Part shown: piece by piece, positions 27,610 through 37,658 of the stretch
Position numbering within the stretch: position 1 is the first letter of the stretch
Layout of the letters: each line of letters begins with the position of its first letter
Source of the DNA: an uncultured Porphyromonadaceae bacterium
Lineage (GTDB): Bacteria > Bacteroidota > Bacteroidia > Bacteroidales > Muribaculaceae
Assembly: GCA_947177145.1 (NCBI GenBank)
Contig: CAMWTL010000001.1
Location: 1-54,631 of the forward strand
Direction: 5' to 3'
DNA: 54,631 nucleotides
The notes under the pieces: model-generated
Told to the model about the DNA's origin: nothing
The model's input: the letters and a program-made list of their open reading frames with translations, nothing else
Databases searched by the model: none
Position numbers and translations under genes: made by a program

Positions 27610-28890
27610 TCACCATCCTCCGGATGCGCCGCCGCCTCCGGTGCTTCCGCCACCGAAGCCTCCGCCAAAGCCGCCTCCACCCTCGAAACCGCCTCCACGA
27701 CGGCCCGATGAGCCAAGTATTGCCCCGGCAGCAACGGCTGCGGCTGCCGGATCAGGTTTCTTTGGTATAACGTATCTGCGACGATTTTGATGATGGCAAA
27801 ATTGACATTCGTAAATTTTTTCACCGGTGCCCTGGCTATGTACCGTAGCGGGCACAAGTGTATGGTCGCGCACCTCACACATAGCCACCGTGTGGCAGTT
27901 GGGACACTCCGAATATTTCATCTGCTTAGTGCGGAAGGGATAACGCTCCACAGTGCCGCAATCAGGACACACCCACACATCATAGTCTACCGTGTTAAGA
28001 CGCTCTTCAAAGTCCTGCGAAGGTGTCAGAAGTGCGTTATCCTCCTCTTCGTTCAGTTTCCGCATCTTACTACCGCAGGTAGGACATTTCATCGGTTTGT
28101 TACGCGCCCGGTGGCGCATCCATTCCGCAATGGCAGCCGGTATCAGTCCCAAGCCCAAAGAACAGGCAGCCAATATCCAATAAGCAGTGCGGTGGTTATG
28201 CCACATCAGAGCCTTACGGTAGCGATCCTTATTTCGTGTGGCTAAGATGTCGTAAATCAACATACCCACGGAGAAGAGGAAGAGAATCCACACGAGCCAA
28301 GTGACAAAGGTACGTATATCTTCACCTGTCACTCCTCCCTGAGCAGTCTCCCAGGCATCCCTCTGCGAACTCTTCAGCTCCTCGGCTGCCACAGGATCGG
28401 AAATCACATTAGCCACATCGTTGACCGACGCCAACACCGCCGCATCCAAATCTCCCTCTCTCATATTTGATATGATCGAACGGTCAATTATCTTCTTAGC
28501 CGATATGTCAGGTAAAACACCTTCCACACCGTAGCCGGTCTGTATACGCGCCCGACGCTGGTCAAGAGCTATAAGTATCAATACGCCGTTATACTTATCC
28601 GACTTACCCAAGCCCCACTGCGTGAACAGTTTTTCACCAAAGTCCTCTATCGTCATATCGCCTATGGAGGGCACCACCGCCACCGCCACCTCGGCTGAAG
28701 TGGAGCTACGTAAATCGCTCAAAATTTTATTTACTTCTGCCTTAGTGGAAGCACTCACGGAATTTCCGGGGTCAGCCACATATACACGTCGGTCGGTAAG
28801 ATTCGGATTTGGAATCTCACTCGGCGTATAGTCTCTTGCCATAGCGGCAAAAGCTACCAATATCATCAGTAACGTCAGCTTTATATTCAT
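27610..28890 (-). CDS. TPM domain membrane protein with Zn-ribbons and Gly-rich tail
   Basis: WGLGK..NGVLIL, IQTGYGVEGVLPD, four CxxC pairs, GGGFGGGSTGGGGASGGW. Confidence 0.9.
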   Translation of the reverse strand: MNIKLTLLMILVAFAAMARDYTPSEIPNPNLTDRRVYVADPGNSVSASTKAEVNKILSDLRSSTSAEVAVAVVPSIGDMTIEDFGEKLFTQWGLGKSDKYNGVLILIALDQRRARIQTGYGVEGVLPDISAKKIIDRSIISNMREGDLDAAVLASVNDVANVISDPVAAEELKSSQRDAWETAQGGVTGEDIRTFVTWLVWILFLFSVGMLIYDILATRNKDRYRKALMWHNHRTAYWILAACSLGLGLIPAAIAEWMRHRARNKPMKCPTCGSKMRKLNEEEDNALLTPSQDFEERLNTVDYDVWVCPDCGTVERYPFRTKQMKYSECPNCHTVAMCEVRDHTLVPATVHSQGTGEKIYECQFCHHQNRRRYVIPKKPDPAAAAVAAGAILGSSGRRGGGFEGGGGFGGGFGGGSTGGGGASGGW

Positions 28891-29004
28891 ACTCTCATCC
28901 TTATCTTTTTCTTCTTATCCTATTACTGAAAACACTTTACTGAAAAATACTTCCAAAGCAACCACAAAAAAACTTCTAATCTTCAATTACATTAGGAAGA
29001 TTCC

Positions 29005-30321
29005 TTATACAGCGGGCAGAGAATGACCATTAAGCTTACGGAAAAGATCCAAGGCATATACATCGGTCATGCCTGACAAATGATCCAACACACTCTGCAC
29101 CCTCTCATAAAGTCCCTCAGCATTCACCTCATACTGGCGTGGCATACGTAGCAGCAGCAATTGCGATGAGTGTCGCTCCGGATGCAGCACTGCCTCCATA
29201 AGTGAATCCATAAGATAGGTCAATATACGGTTGCCGGCTATATCCACATCCACCACGTCCGGGGCATTGTAGATTTTCTGCCAAGCTGTCTCCGCACATT
29301 TCATATACGCCTCGCGCAGACATGGCTCCATAAGATGCACCAACGGCTTGATTCCTTCACCCGCAAGCAACGCCTCCTCATTATCCGCAAACACCTCGGC
29401 ACAGCTTCCTACCATCGCCCCGATGGCATTCGACCGTAGATAGCCCACCTGCTCATTCGGATCGTCAAGATGCGCCATAGCACGTTCCATACGCTTTCGC
29501 GCACTCTCATCAAAGAAATTAATAAATAGACTCTTAACCTCATCGGTGGAAAGGATACGCAGACGGTGGGCATCCTCAATGTCCATTATCTGGTAGCATA
29601 TATCGTCGGCTGCCTCCATCAGATAGACAAAAGGATGACGCGCAAAGACCCCCGGAGCCAGCTCCGGTATACCCAACTCGGCAGCCACGCGCCTGTAATT
29701 CTCCTCTTCCGACGCGAAAAAACCGAATTTACCCTTCTCTCCGGCAGACAGGGAGGTCCACGGATACTTCACGATTGAAGCCAACGTGCTATAGGTCATT
29801 GCGAACCCGCCTTTACGCCGTCCTGAAAATTGATGGGTAAGGAGTCGGAACGAATTGGCATTACCCTCAAACGAAGTGAAATCCGACCACTGCTGCAGAG
29901 TGAGATGCGGCTTCAACTCCTGGCCTTTCCCCTCCGTAAACCACGTGGAGATCGTACGCTCCCCTGAATGTCCGAAGGGAGGATTACCGAGATCATGGCT
30001 CAGACAGGCTGTAGCTACAATGTCGGGCATATGCTCCAACACTCCGTGCTCTCCGGCGTGGCGAGGAGCGAGACGCAGCCATGCCTCACGCGCCATAGAA
30101 CGTCCTACCGACGACACTTCAAGACTATGTGTGAGCCTGTTATGCACGAAAATGCTTCCCGGCAAGGGAAACACCTGAGTCTTGTTTTGTAGCCGTCGGA
30201 AAGGGGAAGAGAAAATCAGCCGATCGTAATCCCGCTGAAAATCACTTCTTATCTGCACCTTCGAATCATGAAGTTCCTCCAGTCCAAGGCGCTTGTCGCT
30301 GATGAGTCGTTGCCAGTCCAT
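29005..30321 (-). CDS. dgt: Deoxyguanosinetriphosphate triphosphohydrolase (HD family)
   Basis: FQRDYDRLIFSSPFRRLQNKTQVFP, HNRLTHSLEV, HDLGNPPFGHSGE, FEGNA, EAADDICY; likely start ATG 30321. Confidence 0.95.
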   Translation of the reverse strand: MDWQRLISDKRLGLEELHDSKVQIRSDFQRDYDRLIFSSPFRRLQNKTQVFPLPGSIFVHNRLTHSLEVSSVGRSMAREAWLRLAPRHAGEHGVLEHMPDIVATACLSHDLGNPPFGHSGERTISTWFTEGKGQELKPHLTLQQWSDFTSFEGNANSFRLLTHQFSGRRKGGFAMTYSTLASIVKYPWTSLSAGEKGKFGFFASEEENYRRVAAELGIPELAPGVFARHPFVYLMEAADDICYQIMDIEDAHRLRILSTDEVKSLFINFFDESARKRMERAMAHLDDPNEQVGYLRSNAIGAMVGSCAEVFADNEEALLAGEGIKPLVHLMEPCLREAYMKCAETAWQKIYNAPDVVDVDIAGNRILTYLMDSLMEAVLHPERHSSQLLLLRMPRQYEVNAEGLYERVQSVLDHLSGMTDVYALDLFRKLNGHSLPAV

Positions 30322-30324
30322 ATG

Positions 30325-30332
30325 CAAAGTTA
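30325..30332 (-). promoter_or_regulatory. -7 promoter box directly upstream of the dgt start codon
   Basis: Minus strand TAACTTTG-CAT-ATG. Confidence 0.6.
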
Positions 30333-30439
30333 AAGATTACTAATGAAAATCACAAATATTTATTTTGAAACCTTCCTGAGGGTAATCACTATTTTCATTC
30401 CGCAATAATGTCATATTCCATCGCGTTATAACTACAATT

Positions 30440-31189
30440 ATGAACCATATTCACCGTCATATTGTTCCCCTTGGCCATTTGTGCCGCACGATTTTCATCT
30501 TTATCGCCATCGTCGCCTCAGCCTCTACTGCTATGGCAAAACCGGGCGATAAGCTTCTGAATCGCCCGTATGCCGACCTCAAAAGGTGGCATCTCGGCTT
30601 TTCAGTCGGTGCCCATGTGCAGGATCTAAGCTTCACACACAACGGCTATGTCACTCCCGAAGGGGAGCGATGGGTGGCAGAAGTGCCTGACTTCGCCCCG
30701 GGTTTCTGTGTGAATGTGCTTGCTGACCTACGGCTTCACAAGTATCTCAATCTTCGCTTCTCTCCGGGAATGTATTTCGGGAGCAAAAACGTGGTGATGA
30801 TTGACTACAACGGCGACTTACGCCATAATCAAGACGTGAAGAGCGCGTATGTGGTCACTCCGCTCGACCTGAAAATCTCAGGCGAACGCCTGCGTAACGT
30901 ACGTCCCTATGCCACACTCGGTGCTATGGGTTCATTCGACGTCAGCAAGAAACGTTCCGAAGCCTTGCTCTTCAACACGTCGGATGCCTACCTGTGCGTA
31001 GGTCTCGGAGTGGATTTCTATCTCCCCTACTTCAAGCTCAATCCGGAGATAAAGTTCTGTTTCGGACTTACCGACATCTTACGCCACGAACGTCCCGACC
31101 TTGTTGATGACCCCGATACGTTCAAAATGACCCAATCCCTCTCCAAAGTGAAATCTAATATGGTGGTGATATCCTTCTATTTCGAGTGA
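30440..31189 (+). CDS. porT: T9SS outer-membrane beta-barrel PorT/SprT
   Basis: NRPYADLKRWHLGF, LRFSPGMYFG, RPY, DFYLPYFKL.PE.KF.FGL, terminal FYFE. Confidence 0.9.
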   Translation: MNHIHRHIVPLGHLCRTIFIFIAIVASASTAMAKPGDKLLNRPYADLKRWHLGFSVGAHVQDLSFTHNGYVTPEGERWVAEVPDFAPGFCVNVLADLRLHKYLNLRFSPGMYFGSKNVVMIDYNGDLRHNQDVKSAYVVTPLDLKISGERLRNVRPYATLGAMGSFDVSKKRSEALLFNTSDAYLCVGLGVDFYLPYFKLNPEIKFCFGLTDILRHERPDLVDDPDTFKMTQSLSKVKSNMVVISFYFE

Positions 31190-31218
31190 TGACCACATAA
31201 TATGATACTTTATATAGA

Positions 31219-32229
31219 ATGAAAACAATCTCGATCAAAATATTGATGCGTTCATTCTCGGCAGTCGCCGTGATGTGGATACTTTGCGTCTTGACGGCTA
31301 TCTCTGTTAAGGCACAAAGCGAGATGATATTCACGCAGCATTGGGCACTACCCACCCTTTACAACCCGGCACGCACAGGCGACACCGACTTCCTGCGTAT
31401 ACGCGGAGGGGCACGTCTGCAATGGATCGGAGTGACCCATGCGCCACAGAGCTTTGTAGCTACCGGTGATATGCCCTTTCTGATCGGGAGAAAGCGTATC
31501 GGAGCCGGAGCTTCATTTTCTCAGGAAAGTATCGGACTGTTCTCCAACCTGCTTGTGTCGGTGCAGGGCAGCTACAAGTTAAAGATTCTTAAAGGCCAAC
31601 TTGGAATTGGTGTGCAGGTAGGCTACTATAACTCACGTTTTCGGGGTTCCGATGTCTACATACCCGGTGACGACGATTTTCACCAGCCCTCTGATCCTTC
31701 AATTCCCACTCAGGATCTATCCGGCAACGCCGTAGATTTCTCGCTCGGAGTCAATTACAACCATCGCCTATTCCATGTGGGAATCTCTGCGATGCACATC
31801 ACCTCTCCAAAAGTAAAGATGAGTCTTGAAGGCACCGAATCAACCGAATCGCAGGAGTATGAGACAGAACTTCCGAGAACCTTATATTTTGACGCCGGCG
31901 GCAATATCAAGCTCCAAAATTCGTTATTTCAATTGCAGCCCTCGTTGCTCGCCGCCACTGATCTCAGCTCCTTTTCAGCTGCGGTTTCTGTGCAAGCCAA
32001 ATACAACAATTTTATAAGTCTTGGCATTGGCTACCGTTGGAATGATGCCCTCTCTATTATGATCGGAGCAGAATACAAGAGCTTCTTTCTCGGTTATGCC
32101 TTCGACTATCCCCTCTCGGCCTTATCTAAAGCCTCGTCGGGCAGCCATGAGATTGTGGCAGGCTATCAGCTGAAGCTCGACCTCTCGGGCAAAAACAAGA
32201 ATAAACACCGTTCCATCAGGATAATGTAG
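31219..32229 (+). CDS. porP: T9SS PorP/SprF family membrane protein
   Basis: FTQ..YNPA.TG, R.QW.G..AP, GIGYRWNDA, GYAFD, SGSHEI; precedes porK. Confidence 0.9.
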   Translation: MKTISIKILMRSFSAVAVMWILCVLTAISVKAQSEMIFTQHWALPTLYNPARTGDTDFLRIRGGARLQWIGVTHAPQSFVATGDMPFLIGRKRIGAGASFSQESIGLFSNLLVSVQGSYKLKILKGQLGIGVQVGYYNSRFRGSDVYIPGDDDFHQPSDPSIPTQDLSGNAVDFSLGVNYNHRLFHVGISAMHITSPKVKMSLEGTESTESQEYETELPRTLYFDAGGNIKLQNSLFQLQPSLLAATDLSSFSAAVSVQAKYNNFISLGIGYRWNDALSIMIGAEYKSFFLGYAFDYPLSALSKASSGSHEIVAGYQLKLDLSGKNKNKHRSIRIM

Positions 32230-32234
32230 CGATA

Positions 32235-33740
32235 ATGAAGATGATGATAAAAGCAATTTCTAAATATTTACCCAAAAAGACATTCAGCCTCTCAAGACTG
32301 GCTCCTATGATCGCAGCTCCCCTGCTTGCGGTCTCCCTCGCATCTTGTTTTGCCGGGAAAGGCAGTTCCGCAGGTGGTGAAGTCACCGGTGTGGGCGGCT
32401 ATTCCTGGGCTGAACCGAATCCGTATGGAATGGTGCTTATCGACCGTGGCTCATTGGCTATGGGACCTGCAAAAGACGACTCCATATGGGGCATCAAAGC
32501 CGACCCGAGAGGAGTCTCGGTTGATGCCTTCTGGATGGATGAGACCGAAATCACCAATTCAAAGTACAAGCAGTTCGTATTCTGGGTGCGCGACTCCATA
32601 ATCCGTGAACGTCTTGCTGACCCTGCCTACGGAGGTAATGAGGCATTTAAGATTGAAGAAGACAAGGAGGGAAATCCCATTACCCCCTACCTTAACTGGA
32701 ATAAGGCAATTCCTTGGCGCAATGCCAACGAGGATGAGCAGAGAGCCATCGAAAGTGTCTACCGTGTCAACCCCATCACCGGAAGACGCGAACTTGACCC
32801 TACCCAACTCAACTACCGTTATGAGATATACAACCATACGGAAGCTGCCAAGCGTAAGAACCGTCTTAAAAATCCTTTGGATCCGGATGCCAACCGCTAC
32901 AATACGGACCTCCCGGTGTCTGACGAGTTGCCCATCATCTCTAAAGACACCGCATATCTCACTGATGAGGGAGTGATTGTCCGTGAGACAGTGACACGTC
33001 CGCTTACAGGCGACTTTGACTTCTTGAATACATATATAGTAAACGTCTATCCGGACACAACCTGCTGGATAAACGACTTCGACAATGCCTACAATGAGCC
33101 TTACACCCGTATGTACTTCTCACACGCCGGCTACAACAATTATCCGGTAGTGGGAGTGAGCTGGGAACAGGCAAATGCATTCTCAAACTGGCGCACTGAT
33201 TTCCTGCGTCGCTCCTTAGGGAAAGACGGAGTATATGTGGAGCCTTACCGCCTTCCTACCGAAGCTGAATGGGAATACGCTGCCCGTGCCGGCAATTCGG
33301 AAAGCTCATATCCTTGGGAAGAGACCTTGCCTTATGATGAAAGAGGCTGTTTCTACGCCAACTTCAAGCCTATGGATGGCGACTATGTGCGCGACGGCCA
33401 CGTGATCACATCCTCTGTAGGAACATTTGCACCCAATGATTTCGGGCTATACGATATGGCAGGCAATGTATCCGAATGGACATCCACAGCCTACACTGAG
33501 AGCATCAACAAGCTTACATCTGATATAAATCCCGAATACCGCTACGATGCCGCAAAAGAGGATCCTTACAAAATGAAGCGTAAGATTGTGCGCGGCGGTT
33601 CATGGAAAGATGTGGCTCACAATCTGCGTAGCGACCTCCGCACTTGGGAATACCAGAATGAGCAACGCTCCTATATCGGCTTCCGCAACGTGCGTTCACA
33701 GATTGGCTTTGCAAAAGGCACACAAAAGAAAAAGAAATAA
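32235..33740 (+). CDS. porK: T9SS lipoprotein PorK/GldK (FGE-sulfatase fold)
   Basis: Lipobox LASC, FWMDETEITN, YPVVGVSWEQA, RLPTEAEWEYAAR, GLYDMAGNVSEW, RGGSW. Confidence 0.95.
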   Translation: MKMMIKAISKYLPKKTFSLSRLAPMIAAPLLAVSLASCFAGKGSSAGGEVTGVGGYSWAEPNPYGMVLIDRGSLAMGPAKDDSIWGIKADPRGVSVDAFWMDETEITNSKYKQFVFWVRDSIIRERLADPAYGGNEAFKIEEDKEGNPITPYLNWNKAIPWRNANEDEQRAIESVYRVNPITGRRELDPTQLNYRYEIYNHTEAAKRKNRLKNPLDPDANRYNTDLPVSDELPIISKDTAYLTDEGVIVRETVTRPLTGDFDFLNTYIVNVYPDTTCWINDFDNAYNEPYTRMYFSHAGYNNYPVVGVSWEQANAFSNWRTDFLRRSLGKDGVYVEPYRLPTEAEWEYAARAGNSESSYPWEETLPYDERGCFYANFKPMDGDYVRDGHVITSSVGTFAPNDFGLYDMAGNVSEWTSTAYTESINKLTSDINPEYRYDAAKEDPYKMKRKIVRGGSWKDVAHNLRSDLRTWEYQNEQRSYIGFRNVRSQIGFAKGTQKKKK

Positions 33741-33779
33741 CGAACATTCCTCAACGAGCATAAAGTACATTCTCCAAAG

Positions 33780-34793
33780 ATGGTAAAAATCAGAAAATAT
33801 GCCAACGGCATCGAGCGTTTCCTCCATGGAGCCAAGGGCCAGCGTTTCTTCAACTTCGCTTATTCTATCGGAGCCGCAATCGTCATTTGGGGCGCACTCT
33901 TCAAGATACTGCACCTTCCCGGCGGCAGCACCCTCCTCTGTATAGGTATGGGCACGGAGATTGCTATGTTTATCCTTACTGCATTCGACCGTCCCCCGAA
34001 AGAATATAGCTGGGAGGATGTCTTTCCTGTGCTCGATTCCCATAATCCTGAAGACCGTCCTGACCTGAGCGGCGGAGGAGCCGGAGGTGGTGTAATCGTT
34101 ACAGGTGGTGCCAATACCGGGTATGCCGGAACTGCCGACAACGGCTCAACCGGTGGTTCTGCCGGTTTAGTGAGCGGTGGTGTCGTAGGAGGCGGTATTA
34201 TAGGCGGTGGAGTAGTCGGAGGTGGCATTGTACCAGCCGGAGGGGGTGTGGTAGGAGGCACTCCTATATCAGCCGATAATATTGCAGATCTTACAGAAGT
34301 TACCCAGCAATATATGGAGGGTATGCAGGCTATATCCGAACAGATGAAACAGCTTCAGGAGACCACCCGTGCCCTCAACGAGGTCAGCTCGGTTCTCCTC
34401 GATTCATATCGTGCCATAACCGAAAATTCAGCTTCCATATCATCAAGTGCAAATGGCTACGTGGAACAGATGGCAGACCTCAACCGTAACATCGCAGGCC
34501 TTAATACTATCTACGAGATACAGCTTAAAAGCGTATCCGGACAGATCGACACCATCGACCGTGTCAACCGCAGTATGAAGGATATCCGCGATATGTATGA
34601 GAAATCAGCCAACGAATCCAACCGCTATTGCGAGGAGACGGAGCGTATGGCACGCTATATGAAGCAGCTTAACTCAGTATACGAGAAGATGATCACCGCT
34701 ATGACCATCAACATGTATAATCCTATGATGGGAAGCGGCTCACAGTCCTCTGTGAATCCCTTTGCAGAGAGTGCCGATGACTCGAAAGAATAA
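33780..34793 (+). CDS. porL: T9SS motor subunit PorL/GldL
   Basis: YSIGAAIVIWGALFKILH.PG, GM.TE, Y.WE.VFP.L, LN.IYE. Confidence 0.95.
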   Translation: MVKIRKYANGIERFLHGAKGQRFFNFAYSIGAAIVIWGALFKILHLPGGSTLLCIGMGTEIAMFILTAFDRPPKEYSWEDVFPVLDSHNPEDRPDLSGGGAGGGVIVTGGANTGYAGTADNGSTGGSAGLVSGGVVGGGIIGGGVVGGGIVPAGGGVVGGTPISADNIADLTEVTQQYMEGMQAISEQMKQLQETTRALNEVSSVLLDSYRAITENSASISSSANGYVEQMADLNRNIAGLNTIYEIQLKSVSGQIDTIDRVNRSMKDIRDMYEKSANESNRYCEETERMARYMKQLNSVYEKMITAMTINMYNPMMGSGSQSSVNPFAESADDSKE

Positions 34794-34831
34794 TTCATAA
34801 TTACGACTATCAATCTAAATAAGATAATAAA

Positions 34832-36406
34832 GTGGCAGGAGGAAACAATGTAGCGAAAATGTCGCCCCGTCAGAGGATGATAAACCTTATGTATATCGTC
34901 CTCACGGCTATGCTGGCCCTGAACGTGTCGAGCGACGTGCTCAACGGGTTCAACCAGGTACATGACGGACTGCATCGCACAAACCTCACTATGTCGGCTA
35001 AGAACGATGTCCAGTTTCAATATCTGAAAGACCTTTATGAGAAGAATCCCACCAAAGTCGGACCTTGGTATGAGAAGGGAGTGGCTCTTCAGGACATGTC
35101 GACCGGACTCTTCCTCAGCATCGACTCACTTAAAACGGCTATCGCACGTCAGGCAGACGGTCCGGAAGGTGACTATACCGACATTGTGAACCTGGACGAC
35201 CTTGAGGCAGCTTCGGTAACTATGCTTAACCCTACCACTGCCAACGGGCGACGTCTGCGTGAGAATGTGGAGGGCTACAGAGACTTTGTGGCTGAGATGA
35301 TTTCTGATTCTACAAAGCGTGCCGCAGTGATTGAAATGCTGTCGACCGAAGTAAGAAACAAACCCGGCACGATAGGTCCCACTACATGGGAGGAAAAGAT
35401 GTTTGACAATATGCCCGCCGTGGCTGCCGTCACTCTTCTCACAAAACTACAGAACGACATCCGTCAGGCACAGAGCGAAGCTCTCTCCAACCTCATCACT
35501 AATGTTGATATTGGCGATGTCCGTGTCAACGAACTGAATGCATATGTCATACCCAACTCAAACATGGTAATGCGCGGTGGCAAATATACGGCTGATATTG
35601 TGCTCGCCGCAATCGACACTACCCAGCGTCCCGCAGTGTTTGTCAACGGCTCACGTCTTGGCAATGACCGTGGACATCTGGAATTGACTGCCGGCGCAAT
35701 AGGTAAGCACGATTATTCGGGTTATATAGAGGTGACACGTGGTGACGGAACTGTTGACCGTCGTCCCTTCAGCTCATCCTACACTGTTATGGAACCTATG
35801 GCAACCATATCAGCCACAATGATGAATGTGCTTTATGCCGGGATAGATAATCCCATAAGTATCTCGGTGCCCGGCGTTCCGATGAGCGGTGTGCAAGCTA
35901 CTATGACCAACGGTTCGCTCGTGCGTAACGGCGACCATTGGGTAGCCCATCCCGGTCAGGTAGGCTCGGAGGCAGTCATCTCTGTCTCTGCACAGATCGA
36001 CGGGCGTAGCCAGCCGGTAGGGTCAATGGCTTTCCGAGTACGTAAGCTGCCCGATCCTACCCCCTACATTCCGATTAAGGATGCCCAAGGCAACACTACC
36101 CACTACAAAGGCTCTCCAAAAAAGATTTCAAAAGCTGCCCTTATGGCAGCCGAAACTCTCGGAGCAGCCCTCGACGACGATTTGCTCAACATCTCCTATA
36201 CAGTGGTGTCGTTCTCCACAGTGTTCTTCGACTCTATGGGTAATGCCATTCCCGAGGTTAGCAACGGCTCTGCTTTCTCACCTCGTCAGAAAGAACAGTT
36301 CAAACGTCTGAAACCCGGCAAGACATTCTTCATATCCGATGTCAAAGCGAAGGGTCCCGACGGAATTACCCGCGACATATCACCGATGCAAGTAGCTCTC
36401 AATTAA
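34832..36406 (+). CDS. porM: T9SS motor subunit PorM/GldM
   Basis: SPRQRMINLMYIVLTAMLALNVS, MNVLYAGIDNPISISVPG. Confidence 0.95.
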   Translation: MAGGNNVAKMSPRQRMINLMYIVLTAMLALNVSSDVLNGFNQVHDGLHRTNLTMSAKNDVQFQYLKDLYEKNPTKVGPWYEKGVALQDMSTGLFLSIDSLKTAIARQADGPEGDYTDIVNLDDLEAASVTMLNPTTANGRRLRENVEGYRDFVAEMISDSTKRAAVIEMLSTEVRNKPGTIGPTTWEEKMFDNMPAVAAVTLLTKLQNDIRQAQSEALSNLITNVDIGDVRVNELNAYVIPNSNMVMRGGKYTADIVLAAIDTTQRPAVFVNGSRLGNDRGHLELTAGAIGKHDYSGYIEVTRGDGTVDRRPFSSSYTVMEPMATISATMMNVLYAGIDNPISISVPGVPMSGVQATMTNGSLVRNGDHWVAHPGQVGSEAVISVSAQIDGRSQPVGSMAFRVRKLPDPTPYIPIKDAQGNTTHYKGSPKKISKAALMAAETLGAALDDDLLNISYTVVSFSTVFFDSMGNAIPEVSNGSAFSPRQKEQFKRLKPGKTFFISDVKAKGPDGITRDISPMQVALN

Positions 36407-36419
36407 CAAATTCTTTAAA

Positions 36420-37625
36420 ATGATGAACTTCCGCAACATATTACTCGGCATAGCCGCCTTGATGATTTCACTTAGTGCCGTGGCTCAGGTGGAAAATGCC
36501 GGCGGTGTGCGCCGCCGTGCCGAACGTGACAAGAAAACTGAGGAGAGCGGACCCAAGATCTCCGACCGTATGCAGGGTTTCTACGAGACAAAGGAGCCAC
36601 ACGAGGCTGACTTGGCATATATGCGTCAGATATATCGTCAGCTTGACCTGACCAAGGAGGCAAATACACCCCTTTATTTCCCCGAGGATGTGGTCGACGG
36701 ACAAGAAAACCTTTTCCGAATCATCCTGCGTCTCGTTGTTGACGGTAAAATACCCGCTTACGAATATCTTGATGGCCGTGAAATCTTCACCGACCAGTAT
36801 AAGGTGAATGTCGCCGATATGCTCGAACGTTTCGGAATTTATGCCCAGGAAGCCAAAGGCTCAACTGAAAAGAATCCGAAGTTTGTAATTGAGGAAGCCG
36901 ACGTGCCCACCGGTCAGGTGCTCAACTACTATATTGTTGAGAAATGGGAGTTCGACCGCCGCTCAAATCAGATGAAGACACGCGTCGAAGCTATTTGCCC
37001 GGTGCTCAACCGCTCAGGCGATTTCGGTGGAGAAGCCAAATACCCTATGTTCTGGGTTAAGTTTGATGCATTGCGTCCCTATCTTGCCCAGCAATATATT
37101 TTCCTTTCCGACGACAATAATCTTCCTCAGTATTCTCTCGATGACTACTTCAACTTGGGAATGTACGATGGTGAGATTTACAAGACCCGTAATCTCCGCA
37201 ACCTCTCACTGGCACAGATGTTCCCTGACGAGGACGATATGAAGAGAGCGCAAGATAGCATCGACAACCGTCTCCGTTCATTCGGTAAAAATCTTTGGGT
37301 ACCTACCCGCGAGGAGTATCTTGCAATGAAAGAGAAAGAAGACGCACAAGCAGAGGCAAAAGAGGACGACGGCTTGCCGGAGCGTACGGAAGTGGTCGGC
37401 ACACCCGTTACCGACGGCGATGAGTCCGCATCGGAGGCAACGGAGAAAAAGACAGGAGCATCAGCACGCGCCAAAAGACGCACCTCAACCAAGAAGACCT
37501 CTGCGCCTGCCGCTAAGAAAACCCCAGCTTCAAAAGCGAAGAAGCCTAAGGTGTCTTCCGGTGGAGGCAGCTCATCCGAGGCAAACAGTAGTGCTGCCAA
37601 GTCAGTACGCCGCCGTAAACGCTGA
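36420..37625 (+). CDS. porN: T9SS protein PorN/GldN
   Basis: RQIYRQLDL..N.PLYFP, W.FDRR, AICP, PMFWV; Lys/Ser-rich tail; last in porKLMN. Confidence 0.92.
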   Translation: MMNFRNILLGIAALMISLSAVAQVENAGGVRRRAERDKKTEESGPKISDRMQGFYETKEPHEADLAYMRQIYRQLDLTKEANTPLYFPEDVVDGQENLFRIILRLVVDGKIPAYEYLDGREIFTDQYKVNVADMLERFGIYAQEAKGSTEKNPKFVIEEADVPTGQVLNYYIVEKWEFDRRSNQMKTRVEAICPVLNRSGDFGGEAKYPMFWVKFDALRPYLAQQYIFLSDDNNLPQYSLDDYFNLGMYDGEIYKTRNLRNLSLAQMFPDEDDMKRAQDSIDNRLRSFGKNLWVPTREEYLAMKEKEDAQAEAKEDDGLPERTEVVGTPVTDGDESASEATEKKTGASARAKRRTSTKKTSAPAAKKTPASKAKKPKVSSGGGSSSEANSSAAKSVRRRKR

Positions 37626-37658
37626 TACGAATATTAGTGTTTCTATCATTACCCTGAT

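Noticed and set aside
29005-30321. Anti-phage dGTPase
   Set aside because: Looks like the ordinary Bacteroidales Dgt in a core-genome neighbourhood with typical composition
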